A DNA stretch of 39,839 nucleotides, from IMG/VR virus record IMGVR_UViG_3300029825_000021, positions 1 to 39,839 of that record. One strand, given 5' to 3'. This DNA is from a virus (Duplodnaviria; Caudoviricetes). Shown one piece after another: positions 8,619 through 17,000 of the stretch. The position numbers were made by a program, and so were the translations under genes. The notes under the pieces were generated by a model. It saw nothing but the letters and a program-made list of their open reading frames with translations. It did no database searches and was not told where the DNA came from. Numbering within the stretch: position 1 is the stretch's first letter; every line of letters starts with the position of its first letter.

Positions 8619-9305
8619 CTAGCCCCCATCATAAAACTTGAAAGCCTTGCGCCAATCTTCCGGCGGCTTGTCCTTTGGCGCGGCATTGAGATACCCCTCG
8701 AATTTTGAAGGGGCAAAGAGCGTAGAGGGCCGTAGGTATTGCTCCCACTTCGTGCCCGTCCACTCCTTTACGCGATCATCAATAACGCGCTTGCAATCCT
8801 CCACCGTGAATCCGTCTTTGAGGCGGGCCTGTATTTGGCTCCTTGTGCTTTGCGTTGAAGTGCTGAATTTTCCCCCCGTTTTTTCGTTGAGGTAAGCTAT
8901 GATTTCGTCAACCTCCCGAGGGAGGATATAGGAGGGTATATTATTATCTATAGTATTATCTATAGTATGGGGGTCAGTTTTGGCACCCCCCCCCCTCCCA
9001 TTTTGGAACCCCCCGGTCAATTCTGGAACGGCCTTATAATTACACAAGGTAACGCCGTTATTTGTTATCGTGCGCTTGGTTATCAGCCCTTTTTCTTCCA
9101 GCGATGCCAGCGCCCGCCTTACTGTGTTTTTGCTGGCCCCAGTCCAATCCGTGAGATATCTTAGGCTCCCGGTAAATTCGCCCTCGCCATCCTGGGAAAA
9201 GCCATAAATGATTGCATACACAAGCAGTTCATTCCCGCTTAGCCCAAGCTCGGATACCATCCAGCCCTGAATGTTTACATAACTCTTGCAGTTAACCGTA
9301 CTCAT
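8619..9305 (-). CDS. Phage replication initiator (N-terminal HTH + conserved phage C-terminal domain)
   Basis: LSGNELLVYAIIYGFSQDG HTH; YLN.KTG..F; YLRPSTLF..KFEGYLN. Confidence 0.85.
   Translation of the reverse strand: MSTVNCKSYVNIQGWMVSELGLSGNELLVYAIIYGFSQDGEGEFTGSLRYLTDWTGASKNTVRRALASLEEKGLITKRTITNNGVTLCNYKAVPELTGGFQNGRGGGAKTDPHTIDNTIDNNIPSYILPREVDEIIAYLNEKTGGKFSTSTQSTRSQIQARLKDGFTVEDCKRVIDDRVKEWTGTKWEQYLRPSTLFAPSKFEGYLNAAPKDKPPEDWRKAFKFYDGG
8942..9014. repeat. Putative replication origin iterons in the initiator linker
   Basis: Tandem TATTATCTATAG x2 (8942-8965); TTTTGG(C/A)ACCCCCC x2 (8978, 9001); C10 run at 8986-8995. Confidence 0.55.
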
Positions 9306-9315
9306 GCATCCCCCT

Positions 9316-10200
9316 TTAAAACAGGCTTATTTGCTCCGATTCAACAACGCTACGGCAGTTTTTAACCGCTTGATCGTAGTACGATTCTTTCAGCTCTATG
9401 CCGATTGCGCGGCGCTTTAGTTCAAGGGCCACATACGCCTCGGAACCGATGCCAAGAAACGGGGTTAGGACGATATCGCCGGGGTTCGTCCAAAGCAGGA
9501 TGGCCCGCTTTATCACATCAAGCTGCAAAGGGCATATGTGCCGTTCGTCCTTTTCCTCCCTTGCGCTGCGATGCTGGAGCGTGTCGGATTGGTTGATATC
9601 CATCCACACCGGGGAGGCGTACCGTTGCCATGCATCGACCGGGAAGCTCTCGTTTGTGTGCGTCACTGGCTCCGGGTTATCGCCGGGCTTACGCATGGTT
9701 ACAAGATAGTCCGGTATGCCTTGCCGCGACATGCACGAATCCTTTTTGATCTGCTTGTGGAGTAGCCCTAGCGCCTTTGTGCGTTGCATGGCGGTAACGG
9801 GGTCTTTCCAGATGCAAACCTCGGAATGGAAGATGAATCCCTGCTTTTGGAATATCCGAATCAGCTCCCCGCGAAAGTCGGTTATCCCGATCACGCCATC
9901 ACGTTCCTTGCTGGTTGGGAGGTTCATGCAATGGAATGACATGTTCCTGCCCGGCATAAGCGTCCTATAAAGCTCTCTTGCGATAAACTCAAACTGTGCG
10001 TAAAATTCTGACCGGCTACGGCAGTTCCCCAAATCCCGGTCGCTATTTGAGTAGGTATACAACGATGCAAACGGTGGCGAATATACCATGAAATGCACAG
10101 AATTATCCGGGATACCATTTAGTACTTCGCATGAATCGCCGTTATACAGCGCGTATTTGTCCGTTACCTCCTGCTGTTTCACGCTATACTTTTCAACCAT
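9316..10200 (-). CDS. Amino-DNA methyltransferase, beta class (N4-C/N6-A)
   Basis: SPPF catalytic motif before the TPFLGIGS SAM-binding motif; HICPLQ; GIELK..Y. Confidence 0.9.
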   Translation of the reverse strand: MVEKYSVKQQEVTDKYALYNGDSCEVLNGIPDNSVHFMVYSPPFASLYTYSNSDRDLGNCRSRSEFYAQFEFIARELYRTLMPGRNMSFHCMNLPTSKERDGVIGITDFRGELIRIFQKQGFIFHSEVCIWKDPVTAMQRTKALGLLHKQIKKDSCMSRQGIPDYLVTMRKPGDNPEPVTHTNESFPVDAWQRYASPVWMDINQSDTLQHRSAREEKDERHICPLQLDVIKRAILLWTNPGDIVLTPFLGIGSEAYVALELKRRAIGIELKESYYDQAVKNCRSVVESEQISLF

Positions 10201-11570
10201 CCCGGCACCTCCATTCTGTCAAAAGCGTAGTAGTCCTCTGACATTCTGACGGTCGAATGAATTTCAGCCGCCAGAATATCTTTAGTGAATTTCACCAACT
10301 CGGAGGTCATGCGCTCCGCATCGGCCTGCTTGCGCTCAATGTTATCCTTGACGCATCCTTCCGCGTCAGAAATGACAATGTACACATCCACCGGGCTTTC
10401 CTGCCCGAATCGCCAGCAGCGCCGCACCGCCTGATAATAGGCCTCGAAGCTGTCAGAAAGCCCAACGAAGATGATTTTGTGGCAGTTCTGCCAGTTCATG
10501 CCCCATCCTGCGATCTTCGGCTTGCTCACAAGCACCCGCCGCTCCCCATTGGTGAACCCAGCCATTGCAGATTCTTTGAACGATAGCGAATCGCTCCCGC
10601 TTACCTCTACCGCGCCAGTAATTGAATCCGCAAGCGCCGAGCTCTCTGCGTTCAAGTCGCACCATACAAGCACTTGCTCTGCCGTATTGTTCGCAATCCG
10701 CGCCGCCGCCTTTACCCTGTCGCCCAAGCTTTCCCGCCTTGCCTCGCGCCGCTCGTTTAGCGTTTGGCTAGTGGCAGCCACAAGCAGCATTTGCCCCGTG
10801 GAATCAATCAGATTATTTGAGTGCGTCTGGATCTCATGGATACGCAATTCGGGAAGGTCGTACCCGTCCTGCGCATATCCCAGGTCGTGGGGCCGGGTAA
10901 GGCAACATGCCCACCCTGCAACCCATTCGAAAAACTTGCTCTCTGCGTGGCCCTTTAGCCGCCATTTGGCAGTATCGCCGCCATCGTGAATGAAGAACGT
11001 TGCAAGCATCTCCGTGTGCGACATTATGCCGAGAAATTCCGAATGGCTCCCAAGCTCCATAAAATCGTTCGGCGCGGGTGTTGCCGTGCAGCACAATTTA
11101 TACTGCGTATCTCTAAACGATTCCGTCAACAGCGCCCGCGTCTTGCTGTCTTGGTGTTTCAGAATGCTGCTTTCATCTAGCACAATCCCGGCGAATGCGT
11201 CCGCATTGAAGTGGGCAAGCATCTCGTAGTTTGTAACGTTCACGCCCGGCTTTACATCGTCCTGGCTCCTGCAAACTGTAACATCCACACCAAACTTCAC
11301 GCCCTCGCGCTGGGTCTGCTTACCAACCGCAAGCGGGGCAAGAATCAGCACGGGATTCCCTTCGCGGTCTGCCACTTGCTGCGCCCATTCAAGCTGCATG
11401 GGTGTCTTGCCAAGCCCACAATCTGCGAAGATTGCGCATTTGCCCTTGCGTAGCGCCCACTTCACAATGTCTGACTGCCATTCAAACAGGGCCGGGTTGC
11501 GTTTGTCGCTGTCAAACCCCGATGCCGCGACTGACAAGCGCTTCCCCTGTAAAAACTCGTGATAGTCCAT
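10179..11570 (-). CDS. SNF2-like SF2 helicase
   Basis: DCGLGKT, LDESS, TATPAPN, GMNWQ, QAVRRCWRFGQ; start MDYHEF. Confidence 0.9.
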   Translation of the reverse strand: MDYHEFLQGKRLSVAASGFDSDKRNPALFEWQSDIVKWALRKGKCAIFADCGLGKTPMQLEWAQQVADREGNPVLILAPLAVGKQTQREGVKFGVDVTVCRSQDDVKPGVNVTNYEMLAHFNADAFAGIVLDESSILKHQDSKTRALLTESFRDTQYKLCCTATPAPNDFMELGSHSEFLGIMSHTEMLATFFIHDGGDTAKWRLKGHAESKFFEWVAGWACCLTRPHDLGYAQDGYDLPELRIHEIQTHSNNLIDSTGQMLLVAATSQTLNERREARRESLGDRVKAAARIANNTAEQVLVWCDLNAESSALADSITGAVEVSGSDSLSFKESAMAGFTNGERRVLVSKPKIAGWGMNWQNCHKIIFVGLSDSFEAYYQAVRRCWRFGQESPVDVYIVISDAEGCVKDNIERKQADAERMTSELVKFTKDILAAEIHSTVRMSEDYYAFDRMEVPGWLKSIA

Positions 11571-11580
11571 GCTGGCCCCC

Positions 11581-11976
11581 TTAGAACGGCAGATCGGAAT
11601 CTTCGATATCCGTAAACCCATCATCCACCGGCGCATCCACCGGCGCATCCGCGTTGGCCTTTTTCGGGGAAAGGAACTCCACTTCATCCGCGACGATCTC
11701 GGTAACGTACCGCTTGGAACCGTCTTTAGCATCGTAGGAGCGGGTTTGCAACTCACCCACCACAGCAACCTTACTGCCCTTAGAGAGGTACTTGCCGCAG
11801 TTATCAGCCAGGGTGCGCCAGGCAACGACATCGAAGAAATCAGATACCTTCTGACCATCCTGCCCGGTAAAGCGACGCTGTACCGCGATACGGAAGGTAC
11901 AGACGGATATACCGCTGCCTGTGGAACGGACTTCCGGGTCTTTGGTGAGGTTGCCTGTCATAAAACACTTATTCAA
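11581..11976 (-). CDS. ssb: Single-stranded DNA-binding protein
   Basis: GNLTKDPE, OB-fold motifs, acidic tail DLPF. Confidence 0.95.
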   Translation of the reverse strand: MNKCFMTGNLTKDPEVRSTGSGISVCTFRIAVQRRFTGQDGQKVSDFFDVVAWRTLADNCGKYLSKGSKVAVVGELQTRSYDAKDGSKRYVTEIVADEVEFLSPKKANADAPVDAPVDDGFTDIEDSDLPF

Positions 11977-12253
11977 GATAATTCCTCCCGAATATTTTTA
12001 TAAAATCTAAATCAGGGTATTTCTCCTGGAATGCCTTTTGTCCGGCCTGTTCGAGCATGCGCCGTGTTCGTTTGCAATGATGCGCTCCATAAGGCGGTTC
12101 ATTGTGCAGGTCGTGTCTAAGCCATACCGTTAGGCCGTATTTATCGCTCAACTTCCTGCGCCCGGCTCCGTAGAATACGTGATGCATTTCCAGGTCTATA
12201 GGTGAACCGCTGATGTAGCAAACCTTTTCATCCTGCATGATGGACTTACTCAT
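11969..12253 (-). CDS. Conserved phage protein with His/Cys metal-binding motif (HNH-like)
   Basis: MSKSIMQ..K.CY...HHVF.G..RRKLS.KYGL.V.L..H...F...FGRNYL. Confidence 0.75.
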   Translation of the reverse strand: MSKSIMQDEKVCYISGSPIDLEMHHVFYGAGRRKLSDKYGLTVWLRHDLHNEPPYGAHHCKRTRRMLEQAGQKAFQEKYPDLDFIKIFGRNYLE

Positions 12254-12326
12254 TTTCCATCACCGCCGCCATGCCCAGCAGGAGAAAGGGTAATACAAAC
12301 GTGAAAAACAATCCCCACCAGTTCAT
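12246..12326 (-). CDS. 26-aa membrane peptide MNWWGLFFTFVLPFLLLGMAAVMENE (not in ORF track)
   Basis: ATGA overlap with the upstream gene, AGGAG RBS, stop overlaps the next start. Confidence 0.55.
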   Translation of the reverse strand: MNWWGLFFTFVLPFLLLGMAAVMENE

Positions 12327-12859
12327 TTCAGGCTCCTTTCTTGGCGTTCCATTTCCTCTTTCATCCGGGCGATTTCGGCGGGCGTGGCCGTGTCTATGCC
12401 CAGCTCCTTTGCCTCCGATATGGCCCCGTCCAGGAGGCGGCTAAACTCATTGCTAGGCATGTCTCGCGTCCGCTTGTATACCAGATAGCAATGAAAACTT
12501 TTACCGCCTTCCTCAACCGTCTTGAATGATTTTGCGTAGTCATAGATTGTGTTCACATCGACCGATACCGGCAGCTTAAACCCGATCACAACGCCATCAT
12601 CATCCCTTGCCAACGTGCCGTATCCCAGCACAAGGTTCCTCTTGACTTCATCGTTGCCCAGCCGCATTGCGGCGGCAATCTCGCCAACCAGAACATGGAA
12701 ATAGGCGTTTGCATCCAGTGACCGCTTCTTTCGGGGCCGCTTGATATCGAGGTCTAGGGGTTCATCCTTGTCAAAGGCCAGTTCCGGGATTTCCCCCAGC
12801 ACCTCGAAAGCAAGTATCTTCCCGGCCATGATTACCGGGTTCTTTACCCGGATGCCCAT
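12323..12859 (-). CDS. NinB/Orf-like recombination protein
   Basis: KKRSLDANAYFHVL...F.RLLDG.I.EAKELGI.T. Confidence 0.75.
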   Translation of the reverse strand: MGIRVKNPVIMAGKILAFEVLGEIPELAFDKDEPLDLDIKRPRKKRSLDANAYFHVLVGEIAAAMRLGNDEVKRNLVLGYGTLARDDDGVVIGFKLPVSVDVNTIYDYAKSFKTVEEGGKSFHCYLVYKRTRDMPSNEFSRLLDGAISEAKELGIDTATPAEIARMKEEMERQERSLK

Positions 12860-13587
12860 TACAGCCTATCTCCGGCTTCTTCGTGGCTGGTGTCCATCCG
12901 GGCCGCTCGGTTGATCTCCTTTACCTCTGCGTTAGCCGTTACCTTTGCGGCCACTTCCTGCAACTCGACAAGCGAAAGGTCGTAAAAGTTTTTCTTGTAC
13001 CTGGCATTAGCCGCCTTGTCCGCAATCGCAAGATTCTGTTTCAGTTCCGCAAGGATGATGCCGCGCAGCCGGTTCACTTCCGGGTTCTCGCTCACGCTGG
13101 GCATGGTGGTTTGGGGTTCCGTCTTGGGCTTGTCCTGCTTCGGGGGCTCGGGGGCCGCATCGTACTTTGTGCGGTCGGCGGCGAAGTAAATATCAGCACC
13201 CACACCCAGCGCCTTTGCCGCAACGGAGATTGCATCGGTGAGGGCCTTCTTAAAGCACTCGTCATCCGTGTACAGGCCCCGATCTTCCTTTGCAACGAAC
13301 ATGGAGCCGCCCGTGCCGGGGATGCCCGCACCCCATTCCTCGCATTCCTTGCAGTACAGCAGGATGTCCACGAATGCGGCTACTGTACCGTCCGCGCCGG
13401 GGCTTAGCTGCTTGTCCACAACCTCATACCGCCAGCCCACGCCACACGGCCCAAACTGCTCTGTAAGCGCCTTTATGCGCCACATGGGGTTGATGTCGGT
13501 CATGCCCTTTAAGCGCCCGCCGCCGATCTTCTTCTGCGCCTCCAGGGGCACCGCCCGAACCTTTTCATAAATGCGAAGATTGCTCAT
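12859..13587 (-). CDS. Sak/Rad52-like single-strand annealing protein
   Basis: TDINPMWRIK.LTE.FGPCG.GW; DECFKKA.TDAISVA.K.LG.GADIY. Confidence 0.8.
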   Translation of the reverse strand: MSNLRIYEKVRAVPLEAQKKIGGGRLKGMTDINPMWRIKALTEQFGPCGVGWRYEVVDKQLSPGADGTVAAFVDILLYCKECEEWGAGIPGTGGSMFVAKEDRGLYTDDECFKKALTDAISVAAKALGVGADIYFAADRTKYDAAPEPPKQDKPKTEPQTTMPSVSENPEVNRLRGIILAELKQNLAIADKAANARYKKNFYDLSLVELQEVAAKVTANAEVKEINRAARMDTSHEEAGDRL

Positions 13588-14090
13588 TTGATGTACAGCC
13601 TTTCCTCCGTCTGCAAGCTCACGCCGGGAATCTCCGTGCCATCCTGCACCAGCTTCTTGATCTCTGACTTTTTCGGCGTGGCCTCATACTTCACAAGGTA
13701 GTCCATGTCTCTTTCCTGTAGATACTTTACGAGTTCAGCATCATCCTCAATGACACAAGCGGCAGGGGTTTTCTTGATCGTGAGCTTGTTCCGGGCGCTT
13801 TCAAGCCCCGCCTTGCCCATTGCCTTCATCTGTGCGAAAAGGTACCGATGAAGCTTGTCTGCGTGGGCCTTCTTGGTCTTTGCCCGTTCGTTGAGCGCGT
13901 CAACCTCTGCTTTGATTGCCTCGGCCTCTGACAGCAGTTCTTTTATCACGCAAGCGGTATTGTCTGCCTTATCCTCAAACGCCCCGTCTAGGGCCTCCAG
14001 CGTGTCGGTAATGGCATCCTCCGGGATATCCCCGGCCTCTACCGCCGCAAGGAAAGCGCGGTATTCTTCGCCTATCTCATAAAGCTTCAT
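13584..14090 (-). CDS. Siphovirus Gp157-family protein
   Basis: MKLYEI...DTLEAL...E.KA.N...IPGV.L. Confidence 0.85.
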   Translation of the reverse strand: MKLYEIGEEYRAFLAAVEAGDIPEDAITDTLEALDGAFEDKADNTACVIKELLSEAEAIKAEVDALNERAKTKKAHADKLHRYLFAQMKAMGKAGLESARNKLTIKKTPAACVIEDDAELVKYLQERDMDYLVKYEATPKKSEIKKLVQDGTEIPGVSLQTEERLYIK

Positions 14091-14272
14091 TAAAATTCAT
14101 CCTCCTTCACAAGATCGCCGGGCTTTGCCGTCAGCGCATCCAGCGCAAGCCGCTTTTCGTTGTACCAATCCCGGTACATTTCGGCCTTGTGCCGTTCCTG
14201 CTGTAGCTGGATTACAAGCTCCGCCGCATGGGCAATCATGGCCGCTTCCTGTTGTTCGGTTAAAATGTGCAT
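14090..14272 (-). CDS. Hypothetical protein
   Basis: AGGAGG RBS; TAATG coupling. Confidence 0.6.
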   Translation of the reverse strand: MHILTEQQEAAMIAHAAELVIQLQQERHKAEMYRDWYNEKRLALDALTAKPGDLVKEDEF

Positions 14273-14357
14273 TGACTGATTCCCCTCCTTCTGATATGCT
14301 GTTTGTAGATAAATTCTCGTTTGCGTTGGTTGGGATGGCACTCCCGCCAGCGCTTTT

Positions 14358-14519
14358 TTATTTGCCGATTTTCTCCCGCAGGGCCTTTGCCCGTCCATCC
14401 CGGGAGTAGTCGATGATCTCCCGATGTTTGGCAAAATACCGTTGCCGCGCCCGGCGTTGTTTCTGCCACGGGTCGAGTGCATCACGCAAGAGCTTGTCCC
14501 GAGACACTATCCGTTCCAT
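14358..14519 (-). CDS. 53-aa basic protein MERIVSRDKLLRDALDPWQKQRRARQRYF... (not in ORF track)
   Basis: GGAGGTG RBS just before the ATG; open to TAA at 14358. Confidence 0.55.
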   Translation of the reverse strand: MERIVSRDKLLRDALDPWQKQRRARQRYFAKHREIIDYSRDGRAKALREKIGK

Positions 14520-14546
14520 GCATCACCTCCGTTTCCTGCTTGACGG

Positions 14547-15312
14547 TCAGCCTTGCGCCAGCATCCCGGTATCCATATTGGCGTAGATGCCGTAGTCGTT
14601 CAGAACCTTGTTAATCATCAGCCGCCCTTTTTGCGTCCAGCGGGTGAACATTTTCGTGTCGGGCCGCCCGTCCGATCTGGAGATTGGGATGGTTTCAGAC
14701 TTGGTGTAGCCCTTGCCCATGTGCGCCGTGTAGAGTATCCATTGATCGCCTACCTTGCGCTGGATTCCTGCCTCATGTAGGAACCTGTTGAGGCGGTGTG
14801 CAGACAAGGAATAATCTGCCGCAATCTGCGAGGTGGCCATAGTGCCGCTGCTGGATAGGATGTAGTCCACGTAATCCGCTTTGGGCTTTAGTTCCCCGAT
14901 CACTTGATCTTTCTGCACATTCGCAAGGGAAAGGGCCGCATTCTCGCTTTGCAGGGCCTTTAGCTGCTTGTCCGCAAACTGCAATGCCCGCGCCATGATC
15001 GCCTCGGGGCGGTTCCATTGCTTTTCTATGGCAATGAAATACTCCCGGCACATTTTCCCCTTCTCGCTCCGCTGCAACATGCAGATTTCTTTTGCCATGT
15101 CGATGGTGAGCTGGTGGTCGTTGCGCGGCTTCCCGGGAAGTCCATCAGACCTATCGCTCAAAATTGAGCAATAGTCCGCGCCCTCCGTAAAGCCATATTC
15201 GGTCATGCGCGGGAACCAGTCTTTGTACGCCGTTGCTACTTCCAGCATCGCGTGAAGGTCGCGCCCTAAAACCGTGGGGCGGTCTGATTCGTAGTTGACT
15301 GTGATAAGTTCG
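14547..15312 (-). CDS. AntA/AntB + ANT(KilAC) antirepressor; native start codon displaced by the IS
   Basis: ELITVNYESDRPTV.GRDLH..LEV.T.YKDWFPRM.EYGF; EKQWN.PE.IMARAL; KPKADY.D; TRWTQKGR. Confidence 0.85.
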
Positions 15313-15430
15313 GTGACGCACCCCATGCCTAAAGGCAGGGGCTTCTCGCTCGATAACCCTACTGGATTAAGCATAAACGAGCTATCCCCGTGCGCCCCAC
15401 GGTTCTTTATTTTATTGGACAAGCTTTATA
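15293..15430 (-). ncRNA. omegaRNA of TnpB-2; predicted guide CGAACUUAUCACAGUCAACU
   Basis: ACCGTGGGGCGCACGGGGATAGC...GAAGCCCCTGCCTTTAGGCATGGGG scaffold ending in TCAC; 5' boundary approximate. Confidence 0.75.
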
Positions 15431-16596
15431 CCCTCGTTCCTAATATTTATAGCCGCGTTTAGGTCGCGGTTATGATGCGTACCGCACTCACAGTCCCACT
15501 CTCGGTCTGCAAGTGTAAGCATAGAGTTTATCGCTCCGCAAACAGAACACATTTTGCTTGATGGAAACCATTTGTCTATCTTGATAAATGCTTTGCCTTG
15601 CTCTGCGAGCTTATAGGCCATGAATGTTTTGAACATACCAAAACCGTTATCGTTTGTAGATTTACCAAGCTTTAACGAGCCGGCCATTCCTCGCAGATTA
15701 ATATCCTCAACACAGACAATATCCCACTCGTTTGCGAGCGTTCTACTTTGCTTATGAAGCCAGTCTTTGCGGCAGTTCGCAACTCTTTCGTGCATTACCG
15801 CAATGCGCTTCTTCTGCTTTTTGTAGTTGTTACTACCGCGCACCATGCGGCTAAGTTTGTGTTGTTCCCTGCCCAAGTTTTCTTCAGCTTCTCGGTAGAA
15901 ATGGGGCATGTCCGCTTCTATGCCTTGACTATCAACATAGAAGTGGGGACTGCTGTAATCTAATCCAAGGGCTTTATCTGGGCTTAGGTGGCGTTGCGGA
16001 ATTTCGTGTTCGTATTCGGTAAGAATTGACACGAAATACCTACCGCTCGGCGACAGAGAAATGGTACACGATTTAATTGTGTGGCCTTCTGGAATTTGAC
16101 GATGTTGCTTTACACGCACAAGACCAATTTTGGGCAACTTGATATATTTACCATCAATGCGAATGTTGTTACCTTGGTTATTGGTTGTGTACGAATTCTT
16201 GCCACTATGTTTACTTCTGAATCTTGGAAAGCCAACAGACTTATCTCGAAAGAAGTTATTGTACGCCGTTTGTAGTTGTATTTGCGCATTGGCAAGAGCA
16301 AGGTTATCAATTTCGTAAAGCCACTCGTATTCTAGTTTCCATTGCGAATATGTTTTAGGTTTGTTTGATTTGAGTGCATCTTTGTCGTCTTTGTATTGCT
16401 CGTACAGGCTGATTCGCTCGGCAAGCATATGGTTATAAATGAAGCGCACAGAGCCAAACGCTTTTGCGAAATATTCTTTTTGAGTTTTGTTGGGTTCTAA
16501 TTTAAATTTGTACGCTTTGTTTGGCACTGTATCACCTCCTTTTATTGCTCGCCCTTGACCCCATAACTAAAGTTAGGGGATTGCGGGCGAGATCTG
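15313..16596 (-). mobile_element. IS1341-type (tnpB-only) IS200/IS605 element with both ends; putative TAM TTGAA
   Basis: Left-end hairpin CTCGCCC..CCCCTAACTTTAGTTATGGGG..GGGCGAG (16548-16591). Right-end hairpin at 15321-15341 with terminal TCAC. TTGAA at 16601-16597. Confidence 0.9.
15412..16527 (-). CDS. tnpB: TnpB RNA-guided nuclease (371 aa)
   Basis: KAYKFKLEP...FGSVRFIYN; RuvC GLDYSS / VEDI / HNRDLNAA; CSVC..CEC; AGGAGGTG RBS. Confidence 0.95.
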   Translation of the reverse strand: MPNKAYKFKLEPNKTQKEYFAKAFGSVRFIYNHMLAERISLYEQYKDDKDALKSNKPKTYSQWKLEYEWLYEIDNLALANAQIQLQTAYNNFFRDKSVGFPRFRSKHSGKNSYTTNNQGNNIRIDGKYIKLPKIGLVRVKQHRQIPEGHTIKSCTISLSPSGRYFVSILTEYEHEIPQRHLSPDKALGLDYSSPHFYVDSQGIEADMPHFYREAEENLGREQHKLSRMVRGSNNYKKQKKRIAVMHERVANCRKDWLHKQSRTLANEWDIVCVEDINLRGMAGSLKLGKSTNDNGFGMFKTFMAYKLAEQGKAFIKIDKWFPSSKMCSVCGAINSMLTLADREWDCECGTHHNRDLNAAINIRNEGIKLVQ

Positions 16597-16641
16597 TTCA
16601 ACAAAGCGGATATTGTGGCCGTTCCAGGTTTCGGTTTTCAT
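16597..16641 (-). pseudogene. First 15 codons of a BRO-N-type antirepressor (MKTETWNGHNIRFVE), cut by the IS
   Basis: AAAGGAG RBS + ATG; the E.WNGH.IRFVE start is typical of phage BRO proteins; the frame stops inside the IS left end. Confidence 0.65.
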
Positions 16642-16671
16642 ATGGTCTCCTTTCTTTAATGAATTTGTCGC

Positions 16672-16881
16672 CTATTGCGCTACAGAATCGGTAAAAAAAA
16701 TATGCAACGGGTCTTTAATCTCAAGCAGATTTATCATTGCGGAAATCTCCAGATTGCTAAATACGCCTATTTTCATCTTCCTATAGAAGGTTTCGGGCGT
16801 AACACCTAGCTTCTTGGCGACATCTGCCTGTGATAAGCCGCGCGATGCGATTATGCCGCGCAATTCGTTTCTCAAAATCAT
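16672..16881 (-). CDS. Cro-like XRE HTH regulator
   Basis: LRGII..RGLSQADVAKKLGVTPETFYRKM...F...EI; first gene of the lytic operon. Confidence 0.85.
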   Translation of the reverse strand: MILRNELRGIIASRGLSQADVAKKLGVTPETFYRKMKIGVFSNLEISAMINLLEIKDPLHIFFTDSVAQ

Positions 16882-16916
16882 TTAATCACCTCCCGCCTGT
16901 CGCTTTCTATGCTACA

Positions 16917-16946
16917 ATGATAACACGTGCACTTGTAGCCTGTCAA
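16917..16946 (-). promoter_or_regulatory. Early lytic promoter
   Basis: TTGACA-18 bp-TATCAT with an extended -10 TG, upstream of cro. Confidence 0.7.
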
Positions 16947-17000
16947 GCGATTTTCGACACGAAAACCAAAAAATATTTCGTCTGTCATGCGATTCTTGCT

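Larger units (their letters stand above)
16666..16994. promoter_or_regulatory. Operator set TGTCGC-N7-GCTACA (16666-16684, 16898-16916; variants 16934-16952, 16976-16994)
   Basis: Two exact copies of the half-site pair plus two degenerate copies around the cro promoter. Confidence 0.65.

Noticed and set aside
11622-11650. 12-bp tandem repeat in ssb
   Set aside because: An in-frame DAPV duplication in the disordered linker; trivial.
15313-16596. IStron (group I intron + tnpB) that splices out to restore the antirepressor
   Set aside because: Only ~70 nt lie between the left end and tnpB, leaving no room for an intron core, and the rejoined flanks are out of frame.
16828-16841. 10-nt match (CTTATCACAG) between the TnpB-2 guide and cro
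   Set aside because: Guide positions 1-4 mismatch and there is no TTGAA TAM.
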